A stretch of DNA of 64,000 nt from Mobula hypostoma. Lineage: Eukaryota. The stretch spans positions 46,192,001 to 46,256,000 of the forward strand of contig NC_086108.1 of NCBI RefSeq assembly GCF_963921235.1. The letters run 5' to 3'. A program made the translations under genes and the position numbers. Shown piece after piece: positions 50,735 through 62,589 of the stretch. The notes below the pieces were generated by a model. The model ran no database searches and had not been told where the DNA came from. It saw only the letters and a list, made by a program, of their open reading frames with translations. Positions within the stretch are counted from its first letter, which is position 1, and each line of letters begins with the position of its first letter.

Positions 50735-52742
50735 CTGAAAGAGAGGGGGCATGAAGATTAATTATATTCACTTTCATTGTACACAACACTTTAAATCTAG
50801 CTAAGTTCCTGCTCAAGCAATAAAGTAAATACAGATATTGTGTGAGTTCAGGATTAGGTACCGACATTGAAACCTCCATAAACAGGTAACAGGATGGCCG
50901 CCAGGTAACACAAGCCCAGATGTTGCTTTCTGAAGAGGACAGCAAAGAGGAAAAAAACAGCTAAATCTAAAATCCCTTGAACTCTACTCTGGTATTCATA
51001 GATCAGGTTTATGAATGTCAGAGTTGATTTCAACATGTGGAGATGTCCTAAGAAATTTCATAGTTGAACTGAGACAGTGAATTAATGAATGGGCTATTCA
51101 CATGATTATATTAAAGATGATTCACAGAGTGTAATTGGTACTTTGTATGTAACCTCGATTTGGTACTTCATTCCAATTGACATTTCAAATTGGCATGATG
51201 CAGGAGTATAAATTGCTTAATATTATAGTTCCATGTACCACAACCTTAGCAAGATTTACAGCCTTTTGTGAAATAACTTTAGAATAAGTAGTAACTTGCA
51301 CCTGACAAAATTATTTCTTAATCCAGCAAAGTTGTTCAGTGTCATACTGAAACTGCCAACACAAGAAACTAAAGGTAACAGGGCGACCTGCAACTTCAGG
51401 CATTGGTAATTTCAATCCCTAGGTACAAGATGACTGGAGAATGTGAAAGCCATGATTAGTATGGAGATACTGTGACATCTGCTGTTTCATCACAGGGAAA
51501 ATATTCTCAAAGTCAAGCCCTCAGTGCCTCTTTTGACTAGCTATTCACATTACCATTGATGGAGAGCAAGGAGCACCTTATCTGTCATGTACACAGCAAG
51601 CCATAACAACAAGGCAAAATGATACAGAATTCAACAAGGTACACTGCAGATCTGCAGCCCAGAGGGAATAAGGGTCTACAAGGCCAGTCAAACCCACTGA
51701 TTTGTCAACTCAAAACTTGAGGTGTAAGAGTACCTGATACTTTCCTGTATATTCTTGCTGTTGTATAATTGCTTGGTTTCCAATGATTCCCTCAATGCTC
51801 TCTAGTTCAGAATATCTGTAACAGCACAGTATGTAGCTGTGGCTTTTCTCAATTGAGCCTTTGTTACAGTCATACCAAACTTCAGAGATCTCTCAGCATA
51901 TACTCCTAGGCAATGGAAATATGCCAGTTTGCAAAATTTGGCAATTGCTGTTTATATGTAGTCCCTGGGAGCAGTGCCATATAGCCACCAGATGACTTTT
52001 GACAAAGATCACTTCATTACTTTTTAATAGCACAAACCAGGAGCTGCACTCCCCGTTTAACTGAAGACAAGAACAGTATTGGCAAATGAAAAGCTCTCTT
52101 GTATATTGAGGCCAGTTCTTTACTTTTCCTCCTCAGGTAAATGTGGCACTAATGCCTACCTAAAGGCAAATACACTGTGCAAGCTTTTTTGAAGGTAAGT
52201 AGCCAACTGTTTTGCATTCTTTCCAAGCTTGAAAGGAGCAAAACTCGAAAACTTCATATAGATCACAACATTGTCTACAGGATTCCTGAGCTGCCTGAGT
52301 TCCTTTGACACTTGCAGAACTGCATTACTGTATGATAATGCTGTCACTCAACAGTGAAAGGATTGAAGCCACTGGCCTTGCTGAATAATCTACTAGACAG
52401 ACCATTCTCTGTGACTGTCCAACAGCTGCTCATTTTTACTAATCACCTGTCAAACTGCCAATAGATTAAAAGCAACACACATAAAGTGGAGGAACTCAGC
52501 AGATCAGATAGTATCTCTGAAGAGAAACAGACAGTGACTGTTTTGGGTCGAGACCCTTCATCGAGACTGTTTCGCCAACAGCAATTAGACAATATGCAAT
52601 GAACGTGCATGTCACTGTTCTCAGCCTTGCTCTCCTAACCTTACTTCCCGATATGTCACAATGCCTATTCTTGGTAATGGGATATCATTTTATTAAGCGA
52701 CCCTGCCTTCCACTTCACTTCAGGAGTTACAATAATGCTCAC

Positions 52743-52867
52743 CGTGGAGAGGCCAAATACTCGGATTTTCTTCTCTTTGGGGTTGTGTTGAATCTTTCCT
52801 CCTCCTAGACATTTGCACTCCAGTTCCAGCTTCTCCATTTCAGAACATAACTTTTCAAAGATGTGAT
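52743..52867 (-). CDS. PHPT1-like: 14 kDa phosphohistidine phosphatase-like, internal coding exon 2
   Basis: Acceptor ttctcaatttaatacag and donor ACG|gtgagc. The 125-nt exon (phase 1 to 0) encodes xHIFEKLCSEMEKLELECKCLGGGKIQHNPKEKKIRVFGLST, with the family motifs CxCLGGG(R/K)IxH and KKIxVxGxS. Confidence 0.95.
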
Positions 52868-53769
52868 CTGTATTAAATTGAGAACATAGTTAACAGCCCA
52901 TCTAATGCCACCATTTTCATCAAGTAAACCAGCTGTTTTGTAGAAATATTTTTTGAACTAAAATTGCATGCAGGTGTCACACAGCCATACAGGGTGGAAA
53001 AAAGGCCCTTTTGGCCCAACTCAACCATGCTGACTACATTACCCAGACAGCTAGACCCACCTGCTAGAGTTTGGCTGAATGTTCTCTAAACCTTTTCTAT
53101 CCATGTGTTTACCTACATGGTTTTTAGATGTCATTGATGTGCTTATCTCAACCATTATTTCTGGCAGCTCATTCCAAACATGCACCACTCTTTGTGTGCA
53201 GAAGCTGCTCCTGATGTCCCTTTTAAGTCATTCACCTTTGATCTTAAACCTATATATGCTCTCTTACAATTAACATCCTTTCTCTGGGGGGGGGGGGGAG
53301 AAAGAATATGTGCCTTCACCTTGTCTGTGCCACTCATTATTTTACATAACTCCATCAGATCACTCCTCAACCTCCTACAGAGTTGATTATAACAGGACCT
53401 GCAGCTCTTTTCCTAATATCTTGGTGAGATTCATATTCATTGAGGATTGAAATGTCACTGCCAACACACCTCCAAAAACTTACAAGATATTGTACAACCA
53501 GTTCATAGCTTTTTTTAAAATCCAGTTGTGCAATTCACATTATGCTTCCTGGCCTTTCACTGGGAGGTTAGGTACAGTTATTCTTAAATCATATAATCTG
53601 TGTAATGATTGATTTGTTTAAATCTCTTACTTTTTTAGTTACTTAAAGAAATCTGGATGTTAAAGGAATCAAAGACAATGGGTGTAGAGCAGGAAAATGA
53701 AGTTTGAGGAAGCAGGCTCAAGGGGTTGAATATTGTATCCTGCTAAATGGTAACACCTAGACATCAAAT

Positions 53770-56110
53770 CCACACACAAGGGCAGTGCTATTGTAGTCTG
53801 GCAGACTGACCTCTACCTTGATCCTACCATGAACACCAGCTATCATCTCCTGCCCGCTCAGATCAGAACACATCAAATCTCCCTGCCATAGCTGCCAATC
53901 TGATAGTGCCCTAAGCCTGTGATTCCTACTTCTATCTCTTACCTGAGATCCAAAACCAGATCTGTCTTAGTAGACCCATTGTTTCTGCCCTCATAGCTTG
54001 ATTCTATCCTGCATCCCCTCATCCAGTCCTTTTCCATTTACATACGGGACATCTCAAAAGCCCTCCATCATCTTGACAACTTCCAATTCTCTGCCCCCAC
54101 CATCTCATTTTCACTATAGATGACCAGTCTTTATGCACGCCCACTCACTAAATGGAAAATTTTAAAGTCAACTGCTTCTTTCTACAACAAAGTCCACCAG
54201 TTCCCCTCCACCAATGCTCTCGTTCATTTGGCAGAACTTTTTCTTACCTTGAACAACTTCTCCTTTGACTCCTCTCACGTCCTAGAAATCAAGGGTATTG
54301 CCATGGGCACATGCACAGGCCAGTGCTATGCCTGCCTTTTCAATACCTACATGGAACAGTCCTTGTTCCAAACTTTCTCCGACATCACTCTTCAACTCTT
54401 TTCCATTACAACTTCTGATTCTTCTCTCCCTTTTCTAGATCTCACTGTCTCAGGAGAGAAATTACCCACTGATATTTACTATAAATCCCCTTAGGTACTT
54501 ACACTATGCCTCTTCCCATCCTGTCTATTGTAGACATGCTATCCTTTTCTCCTATTTTCTTCACCTCCATCGCCTCCCCAGGGTATCTGTGATGTCCTCC
54601 TTTATCAGGATGTGTGGCTTCCCTTCTGGTATGGTTGGTACAGCCCTCTATTTTCTTCTATTTTACATCTCCTCTATTTCTCATACTTCAACTCTCATCC
54701 AAACAGAGTAAACAAAGAATTCCTGCGTCATCATTTTTCATCCTAATGTGTCTCCACATCAGTCTCTCTTACTTTGTCATTTCCACCAAATGCAATGAGA
54801 TCCCACACCAGCCACATCTTCTCCTCACCACCCCTTTCTGCTTTCTCCAGGGATCACTCCTTCTATTAGTCCCTGGTACGCTCATCCTCCCCACCTACAC
54901 CTTCCTGCCTCCTGGCACTTTCTCATGCAATCACAGGAGGTGTAACACTTGTCCTTACATCTCCTCCCTCACCACCATTCAGGGACCTAAACCACCTTTC
55001 CAGATCAGGGGAAAAAATCACGTTAAGAGTTCAAGGTAAATTTATTATCAAAGTACATATATGTCATCACACATAACCTAGAGATTCATTTACCTTGCAG
55101 GCATACTCAATAAATCCAATGACTATAATAAAATCAATGAAATAATGCACCAACAGGGTGGACAACCGGTGTTGAAAAGACAACACACTCTGCAAATACA
55201 TACAAAGAGAAAGAATGAATGAATGAATGAATGAATGAATGAATAAGCAAGCAATAAATATCAAGAACATGAGATGAAGAGTCCTTGAAAGTGAGTCCAT
55301 AGGTTGTGGGAACAGTTCAGTGATAGGGAAAGCGAAGATGAGTGAAGTTATTGCCCTCTGGTTCAAGATCCTGATAGTTGAGGGATAATAACTGATCCTC
55401 AACCTGGTGGAATGAGTCCCGAGGTTCCTGATGGGAGTTGCAAGAAGAGAGTATGACCTGGGTGGGAAGGTTCCCTGATGATGGATGCTGCTTTCCTGTA
55501 ATATCGCTCCATATACATGTTCTCAATGGTGGGGAGGGCTTTACCCTTGATGGACTGGGCTGTATCCATTACTTTTTGCAGGATTTTCCATTCAAGAGCA
55601 TTGGTGCTTCCATACCAGGCTGTGACACAGCCAGTCAATATACTCTCCACCACACATCTACAGAGGTTTGTCAGTGTTTTTTAGATGTCATGCTGAATCT
55701 TCACTAACTTCTAAGGAAGTAGAGGAGCTCAAATCTTCATCTCGTCTAACTGCATCCCTTTGTCCTAATGTGCCCGCCATTACATCAGTGAGACCAGAGG
55801 GAGAGTGGGCATCTGTTTAGCAGAGCACACTGTCCTCAGCAGCGATTTTAATTCCCATCCTTGGCCTTCTCCACTGGCAAAGTGGAGCTCAACATGAACT
55901 AGAGGAACAACACTTCATATTCTCCCTGGGTAATCTACAACCCAATGATATGAACACTGAGCTTTCCAATTTCTCCTTTGTATTTTCTCCCCTTTTACCC
56001 CCATCTCTTCCAATCTTGCTCTTGCCCTCCTATTTTTATTCCATTTTACATGCCCCTACATCATCTTTGTTCCTCCCCCCCACAACTTCTCCCTCCTGGC
56101 TCCATCCTCC
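53770..56110 (+). mobile_element. Decayed Penelope-like element, interrupted by Rex1
   Basis: LTLNNFSF..KGIAMGT, LPFLDLTV..TDIYYK, CNHRRCNTCP, and a YIxET..EH GIY-YIG remnant after the insertion. Confidence 0.85.
55025..55730 (-). mobile_element. Rex1-type LINE 3' part with (GAAT)n microsatellite
   Basis: VESILTGCVTAWYG and SYYPSTIRILN. Confidence 0.88.
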
Positions 56111-56824
56111 ACTACAGATATACCTCATCAACAGGTTTTACACCCAAGGTGTCACTAATGTGTATAATACAGCAACAGTGGGAGGGGTAACATTGACAAA
56201 ACAACTGAAGACATTGCTGTAGGCATTCGGCTGGTCACTTGCATGCAAAATGAGACAGATTTAATGTTTCAGGCCCAGGACTCTTCATCAGTTCCAATGA
56301 AGGGTTTTCATCGAGAAATGTTGTGATTTTTCCTTTTACAGGTGATGCTTAATCTGCTGAATCATTCCACGTTTTCAGACAGTGGAAGTAATTTCTTGAT
56401 GAAGTCAATCCCAAGAAGGAGGCATCCATGATATGGACAGTGCAGCCAAAGTCAACAAAGATATCAGCAAATCTCCTTTCCCAGCAACTGCACAACTAGC
56501 CTCACGCACTGTTCTACCTAAAGTAGTTCCATCATCAAAGTGGGACATATTAGTGCTGAGTAGCCATCCTATTCATCAAACCTTCCACTTACCACCAATG
56601 GTAAGTAGACGCAATGTGACAAGACAAACATTCACACTCTATTATTATGCATTCTTTCAGCTAAACTAAGTGAAGAGTCTGAGCAGAACTAAGAGTCATG
56701 TCGAGTACAGGTAAGATCTTTCAACTTTAATCTTCAGAACTGGTGTATCAGCATGCAGACTAGGGCAGCAGTATGCTCATCCTGTAGGTTGTGGCAGATT
56801 ATTTTTATTTTACTTTATTGTCGC

Positions 56825-57716
56825 TGTGATGAAAGAGGGTTACAAAAGTACACATAGACTAAGATGTTAACTGTCCTGTGCTAGCACCAGTGGGATCAAC
56901 AGTTGATTTGCCACCTGGCTTCAGGAGAGAGAGATAAGTAAGACAATGGAGCAGCATTTGGAAATGTTAATGAAGAGACGAGAGTTTAACGGAAGGAGAC
57001 ACGGGTCTGAGTATTGTCAAGACCAGCTCCTTTTGAACCCTGAACTGTTTGAAGTGTGATGGACAGGCGATACCTCAGCAGGGGGATAAAAAGGGGCAGG
57101 TTCGCTAAGACAACACACATGACACCACAAGGTAACGAGACCCTGGAAGCGGTGCGCCCCCACAAGTCGGTGTGAGTTTTGGAGGACTGCTCGCGGGACC
57201 AGCCATAGACGCACAGGGTGGAAAGATACGGTCGGCGGGAACCTGGTGTGTGTCCGCCCTTGCCTGGGTGCCGGGTTCACCGCTGAAGAACGATCGTGTC
57301 TGGAACGGAGGGGTCACAGTAGGTGACGTCAGAAGACATTACAAAGGGCTCGCCCGAAAGCTAACTGCGAGGAATATCGAAGGTCTGTTTGGAACCCGAT
57401 TTGCATATTCATTCGTTCTCTCTCTCTCTCTCTCCAACGGCACGACAGCGGTTACTGCGAACTGAACTAAACTGAACCCTGTCACTTGTGATTGAACATT
57501 TTACCCCTAGACTGCGATAGAGCTGATTGACCCTATTATCCTAGTTCTGTGTACATGTGCGTTTATTCATTGCTAACCTGTTGCATTTATATCCTTACTA
57601 TTAGAGTACTGTGTTGCTTATTTCTTTAATAAAACTTTCTTAGTTCCAGTAATCCAGACTCCAACTGAGTAGTCCATTTCTGCTGGTTTGGCAACCCAGT
57701 TACGGTGTATGTAACA
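56825..57716 (+). mobile_element. Solo LTR (892 bp)
   Basis: TG...CA termini, 4-bp TSD TCGC (56821-56824 and 57717-57720), TATA-like gataaaaa at ~57085, AATAAA at ~57628, CpG-rich. Confidence 0.9.
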
Positions 57717-58619
57717 TCGCCAAACAATTGATACTAGAGTGTACAGTCACAGCGATATTTGATACAGTGCTTCGCACTCCCTGGAGTACAAATTGATAGT
57801 AAATAGTAAAAATTTAAATTACAAGTCATAGATAGAAAATAGAAAAGGGAAAGTAAGCTAGTGCAAAAAAAACCAAGAGGCAGGTCCAGATATTGGGAGG
57901 GTACGGCCCAGATCCGGGTCAGGATCCATTAGGCAGACTTCCAGTGTTAGGGACTGCATTAAGGAGGTGGAGCTGGAGCACTTAAGATCATCCAGGATAC
58001 TGGGAACATCAGATGAGTTCCAGTGAAATGGTCACACCTAAGTTGCAGGTGACAGGCAGGTGATGACCATCAGGAAAGGCAAAGGGTAGGCAAACAATGC
58101 AGGATTCTCCTGTGGCCACTTTGCTGGAAAACGAATACAAATGTACAATTTCCATATTAAGTGCTTATATCTTTGTATCCTATTTCACTTCTTGTGATAT
58201 ACTTCTGTGGCATTATATTAAACAGTTTCTGTTGTGCTGTTTGATTGAATCCTCTGCTCATCACAGAATCATGAAGCACAGAAACAGGCCCTCTGGGTCC
58301 ACCTTGTCCGTGCTAACTGTGTTGCTTGGCTGCACTAATCCTGCTTGCTAGCATTAGTTCTGCAATCCCTTTATACCTTGCCTATCCAATTAACGGTTCA
58401 AATGTATCTTAAACATTCCGATTGCATCTGCCTCTACTATTTTTCTGGCAGTTCATTCCAGATAATCTATCCCTTGTAAAAAATTTACTTCTCAGATCAC
58501 CTTTAGATTTCTCCTCTCTCAGGTTAAACTTATGTCCTTTAGTTCGACTCCCTATCTTGGGAAAAAGAATCCATCTATCACATTATTTTTAGTGGACTTC
58601 ACCATGAAGCCCACTAATA

Positions 58620-58880
58620 AAGTTGGAAAAATATGGTCTGATACAGCCACAGATGCTAGGAGACTGCTTTGATTCCACTGATTGGAACATCTTTAAAACT
58701 AGTATTGACAGCTTTAATAAATACTGTATACTAACACGGTTACTTCCTATATCCCCACTAAAACAATCAGCAGCTTCAGTAATAATGAACCCTGGTTTTA
58801 TGCAGAGCTAAGACTGTTGTATCTGGAGAAGCAGCAGGCCTTCAGATGTGGAGATAAAAGTGAGTTCAAAGAGGCCAAGC
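58620..58880 (+). mobile_element. Rex1-type LINE fragment (endonuclease-RT linker)
   Basis: LGDCFDSTDWNIFK and PWF..AFRCGDK. A likely continuation (VPEYFKKSVII) starts at ~63790. Confidence 0.7.
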
Positions 58881-59359
58881 TGGCTGTATTAGTTCCACAT
58901 TGAAACAAGTATGTTCGATCCTTTATTACGAAAGCAGCAATAGATGGTCAAATTTATCGATATTGGTGAAGCTAGCATAGTGATAGTGAAATTAACGATT
59001 TTACCGACATAAGTGAAATAAATGGTCAACAAAAAACATCCAAATCATGCCAAGCCTCTATCTAACTAAACTAATGGCACAAAAGGTGAATACGGGACTA
59101 TACCTGTTTACTTCTACCACATCCAACCCCAAGTGACAAATTAACGTAACCCATAATAAAATACACAACACAAAATATAATACAGGCAGACAATAGATAC
59201 ATGGCTCCTACATCCCAGCTGCTAATTACTACACTATAATAATTACAACTACATACTACAAAAATTAGGAAACATGAAATCATCATGGATAATCATCTTA
59301 TCATTTACGCAAATATCCTCTTTCTTTCCTCTTCAAGCCTAACCATGTAACAGTCATCT

Positions 59360-60697
59360 AGAATCAGAATCAGATTCAGGTTTATTGTCACTGGCATGTG
59401 TCGTGAAATTTGTTAACTTTGCAGCAGCAGTACAATGTGATACATGATAATATAGGAAAAAAAATCACTTACAGTAAATATGTATATTAAATAGCAAGTT
59501 TAAAAATAGGGCAAAAAAGAAAAAAATACATAAAAAAAGAAAAAAATGTGAGGCAGTATTCATGGGTTAAATGCCCATTTAGGAATCGGATGGCAGAGGG
59601 AAAGAAGCTGTTCCTGAATTGCCAAGTGCATGCCTTCAGCTTTCTGTACATCCTGCCCGCCAGTAACAGTAAGAAAAAGGGTGATAGGGCTCCTTAACGA
59701 TGGGCGCTGCCTTCCTGTAAGCACTGCTCCTTGAAGGTGACTTGGATACTATGGTCGCTAGTACCCAAGATGGAGCTGACTAATTTTACAACCTTCTGTA
59801 GCTTCTTTTGGTCCTGTGCAGAAGCCCTCCAACACCCCCACCCACCCCCAGTAATGCAGCCTGTCAGGATGCTCTCCATGGTACATCTATAGAACAACTC
59901 AAATGTTTTAGGTGACAAACCAAATCTTTTCAAACTCCTAATAAAATATAACTGCTGTCTTGTCCTATTTACAGCTGCATTGATATGTTGGGACAAGGTT
60001 AGATCCTCAGAGAACTTGACACCCAGGAACTTGAAATTGCTCACTCTCTCCACTTCTGATTCCTCTGTGAGGATTAGTTTGTGTTCCTTTGTCTTACCCT
60101 TCCTAAAATCCACAATCAGCTCTTTCATCTTACTGACGTTGAGTGCAAGGTTGTTGCTGCTACACCATTCCACAAGCTGGTAATATCTTGCTCCTGTACA
60201 CCCTCCCATCGCCATCTGAGATTTTACCAACAATGGTTTTATCAGCAGCAAATTTATAGATGGTATTTGAGTTATACTTAGCCACACAGTCACGGGTATA
60301 GCAGTGGTAGAACAGTGGGCAAAGCACACAACCCTGAGGAGCACCAGTGTTGATTGTCAGCGAGGAGATATTATCATCAGGTCATCCAGTTAGGAACTCA
60401 AGGATCCAGTTGAGGAGGGAGGTACAGAGGCCCAGGTTCTGCAGCTTATCAATCAGGACTGTGGAAATGATGGTGTTAATTGCTGAGCTATAGTCAACAA
60501 ACAGCATCCTGACACAGGGTTTGTATTGACCAGGTGATCCAAGGCCATGTGAAGAACCATTGAGATTGTGTCTGCCTTGGATCTATTGTGACAGTAGGCA
60601 AATTGCAGTGGGCCCAGTTTCTTGCTGAGGCAGGAGTTGATTCTAACCTCTCAAAGCATTTCATCACTGTAGACATGAGTGCTTCTGTATGATAGTC
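59360..60697 (-). mobile_element. Rex1-type LINE, 5'-truncated
   Basis: [38 protein letters not shown], and (ctgatt)n tail. Confidence 0.9.
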
Positions 60698-60755
60698 ATA
60701 AAGGGATTGCAGAACTAATGCTAGCAAGCAGGATTAGTGCAGCCAAGCAACACAG

Positions 60756-62545
60756 CCAACTTGGCATCTCAACTCATGCTCAGCTCCAACTACGTTTGTC
60801 GCATTATCAGAGCATGGTTCATGAACCTGTCCTCATCTTTCTATAAAGTGTCGAAGTGCATTAACAAAGGAATCTGTCCAAAGAAGGTGCCACTTCAATG
60901 TGAACATCTTGCACAGCTAGACAAGTAAATATGACCACATGTTTCTTTATCATAGTCCCTCTGCTCTTCACCTCAAAAGGTCTAAAGTAGTCCACTCCTA
61001 CACATGTAAATGGAGGATCATCTGGAAAGAGGCCAATCTGCCCTGTGCTGGCACTCTGGAGCTGCATTGACTTAGAAACGGTTCTTTTTATAGCTGCATT
61101 AGCACAGGGAATCCAGTATTTTTGGCACCAGCTAGATAACATGTAGTTACCGCCACCACATCCCACCTCTTGATGTACATACCTCAGAAGGATGTCTAAC
61201 TGACTAAGCCATGCACCAACTCTCAAGAAACAATCTTCAAGTACTAGATTGAGCTTGAAAATCTGGCTGTTCCTTTTCATACTTTCTCCCCTTTGCAAAC
61301 TTTAGAATTCATCTGGAAGTCATTTTGTCAAAACTCAATTATCTCCATTTCAGCCTTTCTGAGCTCGTCATTGAGAGACAAACTCAGCTGATCTGACCTT
61401 TGGCCCTTTCAATCTCTCTCTCCAAAGAATGCCTTTGCTGTTCTTCATCCAAGTCAGACTGAGCAAGAGCAATGTTCAATTGCTTCCTCTTCTGACTAAG
61501 AAACAAGAGCAGGTTCTTAAATCTAAGAATCCAGACCACTGTTTCCTCAAATGCGTCCAAGATGAGAGGTGATTATATACGTTCCTGCATCCTTCTCATC
61601 TTCAATCTGCACAGCATTTATTGTAGCACTTGTCTTGACTTCTGGAGTATCCAGTAGTTCTCCAGAATAATCAGGCCATGCACTTTCAAGCTGAAGAAGA
61701 TATTGAGGTCCTGACTCCCATGTTTCATTATTCAGGAATGCTTTCACCTTCAAACTTCTAGAAGCCACATCTGCCGGGTTGATTAAAGTGTTTACATACC
61801 TGCAGTGAGATGTCTGTGAGACCTTAAGAACTTCTGAAACTTTGTTTGTAACAAAGGTTCGGAACCTGGAAGTTTCATTCTTAAACAAGAGAACATCTAG
61901 CAGATGCTAGAAATCTGAGCAATACGCACAAAATGCTGGAGGAACTCAGCAGTCCAGGCAACATCTGTGGAAGAAAGTACAGTGGGCATTTATACTTCAG
62001 TACAGAAGTACTATGAGTCATGAAGCTGCATGTGCAACTCCACAATGTATCCATACAGCTTGCCATCGAAGCAGCAGTGAGCTCCATACAAGGAATAGAA
62101 ACTGACCTCATTGGAGTGACCCTAGATTTTCCCATGATAAAAGCACCGTGTACCTGACAGCGTGTGCTGTGCGACTATAGGTAGGTCACTGCTCCGTAGC
62201 CATCTTTGCTTGCTTCTGTAAGGTAGTATAACTGTACAGCAATAACATCTCCAAAATTCAGGGGCTTCAAATATCTCACAATCTTGAAGTCTTCCAAATG
62301 TCAGAGTTCTTCCAGCCAGCTTTTCCACTCTTAAGAAACTGATGTAGGGATAGTGTCATCCCAGCCAAGCTTTCTTAGATAGATCTTGTAGGATCTCTTA
62401 GCAGATAGCACCGCTGGACACAAGATTCCTATAGGATCATAGATGGTTTTAACTGTAGAGAGGATCCCCCTTCTGGTGAGTGGTTTATCTGGATCATGAT
62501 CTTAAGCTTGGAAGTATCAGACTGAATGCACCAGTGCACACTGGA
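60756..62545 (-). mobile_element. BEL/Pao LTR retrotransposon pol fragments
   Basis: TRRGILS..YDPIG, MGKSRVTP..SIPCMELTAA, FRTFVTNKV..NPADVASR, and integrase PPFTCVGVDYF..IFTCLAV..VHIE. Confidence 0.9.
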
Positions 62546-62589
62546 GAAGGCCATCAAAGCTGTCAAATAAATATATTTGGTCTCAGTGG

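Noticed and set aside
52137..52194. Plus-strand exon-like segment (ctcctcag...GAAG|gtaagt)
   Set aside because: Stops in all three frames and no partner exons; at most non-coding.
52156..52347. 63-aa ORF MTALSYSNAVLQVSKE...
   Set aside because: No recognisable motif or splice support; lies in the PHPT1-like intron near decayed LINE sequence.
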